From NCBI GenBank assembly GCA_964613485.1, contig CAZTHB010000001.1, positions 21,064 to 85,063 of the forward strand: 64,000 nt of DNA, written 5' to 3'. The position numbers were made by a program, and so were the translations under genes. The notes under the pieces were generated by a model. The model was not told the DNA's origin and made no database searches. It saw only the letters and a list, made by a program, of their open reading frames with translations. This document shows, in pieces, positions 57,604 to 64,000 of the stretch (position 1 is the first letter of the stretch; each line of letters opens with the position of its first letter). The DNA comes from an uncultured Candidatus Saccharibacteria bacterium (GTDB taxonomy: Bacteria; Patescibacteriota; Saccharimonadia; CAILAD01; GCA-016700035).

Positions 57604-58984
57604 ATTTACAGCTACTCGTGGGTGTCGATCCGCCCAACACAGCCTTCATCCAAACGAGAGTGTCGTCGAAGCTTTTCGCCATCGTATTGTAATGAGTGGC
57701 ATCGGGGTAGATCTTGTAGGCTATGCTGTCGCCGAGCCCGCACATACGTTTGACTGCGACATCAGATTGAGCCGGCAGCACAACATTATCAAGCTTGCCA
57801 TGATTAATAAGCTTAGGCCGACCAGTCTTAACTGTTCCTGCTAGATTCGATTGTAGCTGTTGATCAAAAGTCGGGTTTACCGCCTGCAGCGAGCCTGACT
57901 TCATTGCCTCAATAAACGCTGGCGTGTAGACCTTATTGATATCACGATTACCCCAAAAAGATATATTCGTATCAATGCAATTCTTAGCGACGTTTGCCGC
58001 AAGGTTCTCGTAATATGGCGACTTCAAAATCGATGTAAGATTGTATTCTGTACCGTACCAATCCTGATAACTACGTAGTAGATACGGGCCAAACCACAAG
58101 ATATTTGCCCCTCGAGTAGTGTCTGTCAGTGTCTGTCGCACATCGGTAACCGGACCAAACCCAACTACGCCCCGCAACTTCAGTGATGGTGCGTATGTAT
58201 TTGCGAGCTGGTCTGCCCAAAGCGCTGCATGACCTCCCTGCGAATACCCACCGACTAGTACTTTTTCAATATCAATGCGATCCTTAGTAAGCCCCAATTG
58301 GGTCAAAGATTGCGCGGCATCAAGTACTGCCCTACCCTCCAGGTCGCCAACCATATAATGATGAACTCTCTTCGGGTCTCGCATCCCTTCATAGTCAGTG
58401 ATCACCGCCACATAACCATTAGCCGCATACGCCAACATGTGACTCACGTAATTCGCCCAATTGCGCTTAGTTGGGTCCTCGAGGGAAGCCGCGCAGGAGT
58501 CATCTATACCGGTTGTCCCAGGAGCAAAGCTCAGCACAGGAAGATTCTTGCCCGTCTCAGGAATAAATACTCGAGCATAAATGTCCTCAGTCGCACCATT
58601 CGCATCCTGTATCTTATATTTGAATAACTGCATCGTTACATTGACCTGAGGGCCCTTATAATTCGGCTGCGTTTGTCGAATGAGCATGCCCACTTCTTGA
58701 GTTGAATAAAGCTTTTCCGGCTCAGTCGAGACGACTACTCCGTGTGGACGTATTTTCGGTGACTCTTGATCGCCAAACAGCTGAGCCTTTTGCCCTGGAG
58801 CTGGAGCGACGGATGTAGACTGTTGCTTAAAATACAAAAATATTGCAGTACAAATTGCCGCGACGCACGCCAACAATAAGATAAATGCGAGCGTCCAAAA
58901 TACCGCACCAACTCGCTGCCAAAAAGTTTTTTTAGGGCGAGCTAAGCTTTTATGAGGGCGAGTAAGTAGTCTGGTTGGCTTCAT
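57602..58984 (-). CDS. Secreted/membrane-anchored alpha/beta-hydrolase lipase (LIP family-like)
   Basis: N-terminal TM helix. Nucleophile elbow GYSQGG within VLVGGYSQGGHAALWADQLA. Confidence 0.55.
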   Translation of the reverse strand: MKPTRLLTRPHKSLARPKKTFWQRVGAVFWTLAFILLLACVAAICTAIFLYFKQQSTSVAPAPGQKAQLFGDQESPKIRPHGVVVSTEPEKLYSTQEVGMLIRQTQPNYKGPQVNVTMQLFKYKIQDANGATEDIYARVFIPETGKNLPVLSFAPGTTGIDDSCAASLEDPTKRNWANYVSHMLAYAANGYVAVITDYEGMRDPKRVHHYMVGDLEGRAVLDAAQSLTQLGLTKDRIDIEKVLVGGYSQGGHAALWADQLANTYAPSLKLRGVVGFGPVTDVRQTLTDTTRGANILWFGPYLLRSYQDWYGTEYNLTSILKSPYYENLAANVAKNCIDTNISFWGNRDINKVYTPAFIEAMKSGSLQAVNPTFDQQLQSNLAGTVKTGRPKLINHGKLDNVVLPAQSDVAVKRMCGLGDSIAYKIYPDATHYNTMAKSFDDTLVWMKAVLGGSTPTSSCK

Positions 58985-59433
58985 GATAGTTCTACTCTCA
59001 TTATAGACATGTCTACCCCTGCAAGCATACCGGAAACCCGTCGGACTCGAGAAAAACCAGCATTCATAAAGAAATCATCTCGATCGTGCGTTACAAGCTG
59101 CATTGCTGGGCTCCCGTGTGATTTTGCTCGCTGCACTGCATCCAACACGAGTTTTTTACCCACTCCGAGGCCACGACTCGCTGTATCTACATAGAGCCAC
59201 AGGAGAGTCGCGGGCTCTGTACGCTCTAGTCGAATCACACAATACCCTCGCACAACCCCATTTACAGATACCAAGATGATGTTCGACTTTGGCGAAAGAT
59301 AGGCTCGAATCAATCGCAGCACTGAATGATCTCGAATCAGTTTATTCCGGAATTCAGGGGGAAAATATCGGTAATCTGCCCTCATTGATTGAATAAATAA
59401 TGTATTCATTTTAGCTATGTCTTGCAAACGCAT
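58981..59433 (-). CDS. GNAT-family N-acetyltransferase
   Basis: Acetyl-CoA motif RGLGVGKKLV...AVQRAKSHG. The start is placed at an internal Met to avoid a 67-nt overlap with the GGDEF gene. Confidence 0.6.
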   Translation of the reverse strand: MRLQDIAKMNTLFIQSMRADYRYFPPEFRNKLIRDHSVLRLIRAYLSPKSNIILVSVNGVVRGYCVIRLERTEPATLLWLYVDTASRGLGVGKKLVLDAVQRAKSHGSPAMQLVTHDRDDFFMNAGFSRVRRVSGMLAGVDMSIMRVELS

Positions 59434-59476
59434 ATTTACTATTCGCACGTTGGCTGTTTTTTTATCTGCCACCAAT

Positions 59477-60079
59477 TCAGTTCCTCTGGCTAGCGACCAC
59501 GACGCGGTTTCTGCCAGTAGCCTTAGCCTCATAAAGTGCATCATCGGCTTGTTTCAAACTAACTGAGAGAGAATTTTCATCCGTAACCTCTGCTACTCCA
59601 ATACTTGCAGTTACCTGCACGGCCTCACCTTTTGTAAGTTTAATCTCCATATCGCTAATGTACGACCGTATTAACTCTGCAACGCGAGTGGCATCCTTGA
59701 TATCTGCCCCAACCAGACCTACCACAATCTCCTCGCCTCCATAACGCCCGACAATATCAAGTGCTCTCACATGCTCCTGAATGCTTCCTGCAACAGCCTT
59801 GAGGACAACATCACCCGCCGCATGTCCGTAAGTATTGTTAACATTCTTAAAGTGATCGATATCAATAAATAGGACCGAAAGACAACGCACCATCACCTTA
59901 CGCCGTTTCTCGGGGTGTTGTGACTGCCAACGCACTTCACCGGCAAGGGTCTCAAGTCGCTGCATAAGACCTCGTCGGTTGAGTATCCCTGTAAGCTCAT
60001 CTGTTACGAGCTGCGCCTCAAGGGATTGTACCTGAGCCTCAAGCTTTGCGATTCGTTCTTGTGCTACCTGGAGATCCAT
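59477..60079 (-). CDS. Standalone GGDEF-domain protein (putative diguanylate cyclase) with N-terminal coiled coil
   Basis: RALDIVGRYGGEEI (RxxD I-site plus a GGEEI variant of GG[DE]EF) and DHFKNVNNTYGHAAGD. Confidence 0.75.
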   Translation of the reverse strand: MDLQVAQERIAKLEAQVQSLEAQLVTDELTGILNRRGLMQRLETLAGEVRWQSQHPEKRRKVMVRCLSVLFIDIDHFKNVNNTYGHAAGDVVLKAVAGSIQEHVRALDIVGRYGGEEIVVGLVGADIKDATRVAELIRSYISDMEIKLTKGEAVQVTASIGVAEVTDENSLSVSLKQADDALYEAKATGRNRVVVASQRN

Positions 60080-61033
60080 TTAGCCCTCCTGCGTATTAGT
60101 CGAGGTAGCTTCGGTCGGTAAGGCCGCGAGATAACGCTCAGCTTCAAGTGCTGCTCGGCAACCATCGCCGGCTGCCGTGATTGCTTGTCGGTACACATGG
60201 TCTGCCACATCACCAGCCGCGAAAATACCTGCTTGATTTGTGAAGACATTGTTGTTCGCCTTGATGTAGCCCTTTTCATCAAGATCAATAATATCCTTTA
60301 CAAACTCTGTGGCTGGTTTGTGGCCGATAGCGACAAAGAGCCCCTGACAGTCTAGCTTTGTCTTCTCATTGGTCTTCAGATTCGTCAACTCTACACCTTC
60401 GACCATACTTTCACCCAAGACATCAGTCACGGCCGTATTCCATACAAACTCGATCTTCTTATGATTAAGTGCTCGGTCTTGCATAATCTTGCTAGCGCGC
60501 AACTCCGCCCGACGATGCACTACAATCACCTTCTCGGCAAAGTGCGTCAAGGTCAATGCCTCCTCCATAGCAGTATCACCACCGCCCACGACCACAACCG
60601 TCTTGTCCTTGAAGAAATACCCATCACAGGTAGCACAGGCCGAGATGCCACGCCCCATCAAGCGAGTTTCGTTCTCAAGGCCGAGCCACATGGCAGATGC
60701 CCCTGTTGAGATAATGACAGAGCGAGCTTCGATGGATTCATTCTTTAGCTTGACCACATGCGGCTGGCCTGGCGCTATAGATTCAACGTACTCGGTGATA
60801 AATTTCGCACCAAACCGCAAAGCCTGCTGCTGCATCTGCTCCATCAGCTCTGGCCCTTGGATGCCATCCTTAAAACCTGGAAAGTTCTCTACTTCACTCG
60901 TTAACAAAAGCTGACCGCCTGGGGCATCCCCGGCTATCAATACTACAGATAGAGCTGCACGAGAGGCATAAATAGCCGCCGTGTAAGCTGCGGGGCCACC
61001 ACCAATAATCGCTACATCATATACTTGTTTCAT
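60080..61033 (-). CDS. trxB: Thioredoxin reductase
   Basis: AIIGGGPAAYTAAIYASRA, redox-active CATCDG, a second GGGD NADPH site. Confidence 0.9.
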   Translation of the reverse strand: MKQVYDVAIIGGGPAAYTAAIYASRAALSVVLIAGDAPGGQLLLTSEVENFPGFKDGIQGPELMEQMQQQALRFGAKFITEYVESIAPGQPHVVKLKNESIEARSVIISTGASAMWLGLENETRLMGRGISACATCDGYFFKDKTVVVVGGGDTAMEEALTLTHFAEKVIVVHRRAELRASKIMQDRALNHKKIEFVWNTAVTDVLGESMVEGVELTNLKTNEKTKLDCQGLFVAIGHKPATEFVKDIIDLDEKGYIKANNNVFTNQAGIFAAGDVADHVYRQAITAAGDGCRAALEAERYLAALPTEATSTNTQEG

Positions 61034-61065
61034 ACCTCTAGTATACCTGTTTCAGCTTACTCACG

Positions 61066-61620
61066 TCACCTAGCCGGCTGTTTTGTATCACCATTACAAG
61101 TATCTGCCGCCCAAAGCCCCGTACCCGCTTCACGCGCGACCTGCTCATCTCCCCTAAATGTGTCTTGATATTTGTACGGTGTTTGATAAGTGTACTCGTG
61201 AGCAAACCCCTCTTTGAGAAGTGTTTGATTAATAAATAGCCCATCATCACGCCACACATAGGCCAGCAGGCGGTCGTATTTGTCTCGCTCTCCCTGCGTA
61301 CTATCCGACTCAAGACGAACGCTGCGTCCTGAAAGTGCGTTGGTCGTCCAGTCGGCTGCCTTTTCGCCAAAACACTGCACCGGCTTGCGTGGATCATGGG
61401 TTTCGGGGGTATCGACTCCGATAAGTCTCACTTTCTCAGTTGTGCCACGAATATCTACAGCAATGGTGTCGCCATCATAGACCTTCACAACTTTCAATAA
61501 TTCAGCCTGAGGCACCATTACGGCAGTCGGGGGATTATTTGGCACGGCACGAGCAGCTACGTAGGCCACGAGTGCAAGTAATGCGGCACTCAGCAACTTC
61601 ATTGCGCGACGCTTGGTCAT
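61066..61620 (-). CDS. Secreted thermonuclease (staphylococcal nuclease/SNase fold)
   Basis: Signal peptide; YDGDTIAVD...VRLIGVDTPE...ERDKYDRLLAYV. Confidence 0.75.
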   Translation of the reverse strand: MTKRRAMKLLSAALLALVAYVAARAVPNNPPTAVMVPQAELLKVVKVYDGDTIAVDIRGTTEKVRLIGVDTPETHDPRKPVQCFGEKAADWTTNALSGRSVRLESDSTQGERDKYDRLLAYVWRDDGLFINQTLLKEGFAHEYTYQTPYKYQDTFRGDEQVAREAGTGLWAADTCNGDTKQPAR

Positions 61621-62735
61621 GAATCATTCCTCCGCACATGCTGAGCACCAGTTCGGTGCGCCGATACACTCAAGACGATACCAATCGCGGCACAATTAAT
61701 GAGCATACTCGTGCCGCCTGCTGATATAAATGGAAGCGGAATGCCCGTTACTGGCATGATTCCCATGTTCATACCAATATTAATCAATACGTGGAAAAGC
61801 AGCATGCTGCCGATCCCGATACACAGAAATGCCCCAAATCGATCATTACTCTGTAGTGCTACGAGAAAAATGCGAGCAATTAAGATACAAAACAACATAA
61901 TTGTAATGGCAGCACCCACAAAGCCCAACTTCTCAGCCAGCACTGCGAATATAAAATCAGTATGTTGCGACGGCAAGAAATTTAACTGGCTCTGACTGCC
62001 GGCAGTGAGACCTCGACCAAACCAACCGCCTGAACCGACTGCGATGACTGACTGCACCACATTATAGCCAATGCCAAGTCGATCAGCCTGCGGGTTCAAG
62101 AGAACCTGCAGTCGACTTTTCTGATATGGTGCTAGGAATTGATAGATAATCGGCAGCGTCAATACGCCCGCACCACCCGCCATCGCAAGGTAGCGCTTCG
62201 GCAAAAGCGTTGCCATAGTCATCGCTAGCCAAATCACCATAAAGACGAGCCCCGTACCTAAATCAGGCTGGCCTACTACCAAAACTACTAACGGCAACAA
62301 TATAAGGATCGATATTAATGTATAACGTATGTGTTTCGTGAGATTGTACACGCGACTCAGATATGTTGCTAATGCAATGATAAAGGCTAACTTCGAAAAC
62401 TCTGATGGCTGAAACTGAAAGAACCCGAGATTAATCCAGCGCTGCGCCCCAAGGGCTGATTTACCAACAAACTCAACCGCGATAAGAGCTATAAGTGTTA
62501 TTACATACATTGGCACAACATAACTCTTGAGACTCCGGTAATCTAACCGTAATAAGACGAGCAATACGACAACCCCAGCAGCAGCGTAAAGAAGCTGTCG
62601 TGTCGTGTCGAGCTCTGCAGTCGTTTCGGATGGCTTGATACCCGAAGAATACAAAACAAGCAGGCCAATCGCGACAAGCAGACCGCTTGTCGCGACTATG
62701 ACCCAATCCAGCCTACGAAGCCCCACCCTCTTCAT
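61617..62735 (-). CDS. rodA: SEDS-family peptidoglycan glycosyltransferase RodA/FtsW
   Basis: 10-TM profile. QPSEFSKLAFIIALA and a PDLGT-like motif. Confidence 0.8.
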   Translation of the reverse strand: MKRVGLRRLDWVIVATSGLLVAIGLLVLYSSGIKPSETTAELDTTRQLLYAAAGVVVLLVLLRLDYRSLKSYVVPMYVITLIALIAVEFVGKSALGAQRWINLGFFQFQPSEFSKLAFIIALATYLSRVYNLTKHIRYTLISILILLPLVVLVVGQPDLGTGLVFMVIWLAMTMATLLPKRYLAMAGGAGVLTLPIIYQFLAPYQKSRLQVLLNPQADRLGIGYNVVQSVIAVGSGGWFGRGLTAGSQSQLNFLPSQHTDFIFAVLAEKLGFVGAAITIMLFCILIARIFLVALQSNDRFGAFLCIGIGSMLLFHVLINIGMNMGIMPVTGIPLPFISAGGTSMLINCAAIGIVLSVSAHRTGAQHVRRNDS

Positions 62736-62740
62736 ATACC

Positions 62741-64000
62741 CTACTCCGAACGCTGCAAGGTAATAAGAAGCTCGGCGCTATTCAGCGACACAGTAGTGCT
62801 AGACTCATACTCTGCGTCGTGATCAAGCCGAGTAGCGAGAGTCTCTGCCTTCAGTTCATTGGCGTATGTTTTAATCGCGGACAACAAAGCCTGATCGTCA
62901 GTTTTAAGCGAAAGAACTATCCGGTTGTCAACTGCTAATCCCGCTTGCTTACGAGCCTCCTGAATATGCCGCATAATATCGCGCGCAAGGCCTTCTTGCC
63001 TAAGCTTATCGGTTAGTTCTGTATCAAGCACTACTTGCAATGACTCCCCGGTACGACAGATGACATGTTTTACATTTAACTCTTCTGACACGATTGCCTT
63101 CATATCATCATCCAGCTGCATACCTACTAGCTCTACCTGATTCAGTGGCTGACGAACTTTAATACCAGCTCGAGCTCTTTGCGACAAGCCTTCGGTAACA
63201 GCCTCACGCAAGGCGGCCATATTGCGGACTAGCTCTTCGTTCGGAGCTTTTAGAGTTGGCCAATCACTCAAGTGTACCGACTCCGGTGCACCCTGCACAC
63301 CTTGCATAATACCTTGCCAAACTTCCTCCGCTACAAATGGCGCCCAAGGGGCCATTAGTTGAGCTGTGGTGGCGACTACATGGTGTAATGTATTGTATGC
63401 AGCTATCTTATCGCTATCGTCACCCGACTTCCAGAACCGACGACGGCTTCGACGGATATACCAATTTGATAAATCATCTAGAAAAACGGTTATCTCACGC
63501 ATAGCACGCGACGTGTCAAAGATGTCGATTGACTCCGTCATCAAACGAACCGTTTCGCTCAATCGACCCAATATCCATGCATCAAGCACATGCCGAGAAT
63601 CGGGAGCCTGCCCGTACTGAGCCGGAACAAATGCGTCTACCGATGCATACATTGAATAAAATCCATACACATTCTTAAATCGCGCTATTACATTGCGCTG
63701 GACCTCCTGTAGAGCACTCGGATCATAAATTGCAGTCTCCCCGGTCCCAAGCGCACTACCCAACAAGTAAAACCGCACTGCATCAGCTCCTGCAGTAGCA
63801 AAAAGATCATGAATATCAGGATAATTACCAAGCCGCTTACTAAGCTTGCGCCCATCACTACCCAAGAGAATACCGTGAGCAACTGCATTCTTGAACGCCG
63901 GCTTACCGAAGAGTGCAACACTCATTACATGTAGCGTGTAAAACCAGCCGCGTGTTTGTCCAATGTATTCGGTAATAAAATCACACGGATGACCAGATTC
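62741..64000 (-). CDS. ileS: Isoleucyl-tRNA synthetase, C-terminal part (gene continues beyond the window end)
   Basis: The frame is open upstream of the listed Met (...GQTRGWFYTLHVMSV...). KLSKRLGN is a KMSKS variant. RGWF is typical of IleRS. Confidence 0.65.
   Translation of the reverse strand, partial: ESGHPCDFITEYIGQTRGWFYTLHVMSVALFGKPAFKNAVAHGILLGSDGRKLSKRLGNYPDIHDLFATAGADAVRFYLLGSALGTGETAIYDPSALQEVQRNVIARFKNVYGFYSMYASVDAFVPAQYGQAPDSRHVLDAWILGRLSETVRLMTESIDIFDTSRAMREITVFLDDLSNWYIRRSRRRFWKSGDDSDKIAAYNTLHHVVATTAQLMAPWAPFVAEEVWQGIMQGVQGAPESVHLSDWPTLKAPNEELVRNMAALREAVTEGLSQRARAGIKVRQPLNQVELVGMQLDDDMKAIVSEELNVKHVICRTGESLQVVLDTELTDKLRQEGLARDIMRHIQEARKQAGLAVDNRIVLSLKTDDQALLSAIKTYANELKAETLATRLDHDAEYESSTTVSLNSAELLITLQRSE

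Noticed and set aside
1-64000. CRISPR arrays, IS elements/transposases, integrases or phage structural genes, especially flanking the GC-rich island and near tRNA-Leu
   Set aside because: No short regularly spaced direct repeats were seen. No DDE/serine/tyrosine recombinase motifs were recognised. tRNA-Leu lies 18 kb from the island, with no flanking direct repeats. The island therefore does not look like a classical tRNA-integrated element, though a computational repeat search would be needed to be sure.

Overview
This is a gene-dense window, mostly on the minus strand, from a bacterium with a Gram-positive-type envelope and about 50% GC. It has the feel of a reduced genome, possibly a Saccharibacteria/CPR-like lineage (inference only). 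It carries a sortase and an LPXTG substrate, FtsEX with PcsB-like CHAP hydrolases, an LCP ligase, a class-I LysRS, a short EF-Ts, and rpsB-tsf-frr without pyrH.

Core content:
- Cell shape and wall: a second mreB, mreB-mreC-mreD-mrdA, rodA, murA, ftsE-ftsX followed by two tandem coiled-coil CHAP hydrolases, an Rpf-like transglycosylase, an LCP protein, ctpA, htrA, rseP, lepB.
- Translation and core functions: rpmA, rplU, rpmE, rpsB-tsf-frr, prfA-prmC, prfB, serS, class-I lysK, partial ileS, hpf, greA, secA, pyrG, xseAB, parAB, trxB, and one tRNA-Leu(CAA).

The stand-out region is the accessory interval between prfB and secA (about 20.4-29.6 kb). It holds an LPXTG surface protein, a sharply bounded roughly 4 kb GC3-rich compositional island (about 21.95-26.0 kb) of three uncharacterisable genes each with its own AT-rich promoter, operator-like palindrome and intrinsic terminator, and a 999-aa Pro/Gly-rich membrane-associated protein co-transcribed with a small acidic helical protein.

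Other notable points are a tandem pair of paralogous Cys4 zinc-ribbon proteins under a consensus sigma70 promoter, a standalone GGDEF (GGEEI) protein, several apparently leaderless genes, and unlinked rplU/rpmA. No CRISPR arrays, transposases or integrases were seen. Coordinates come from the supplied ORF track plus manual reading. Product calls rest on recognised motifs, not on database searches.
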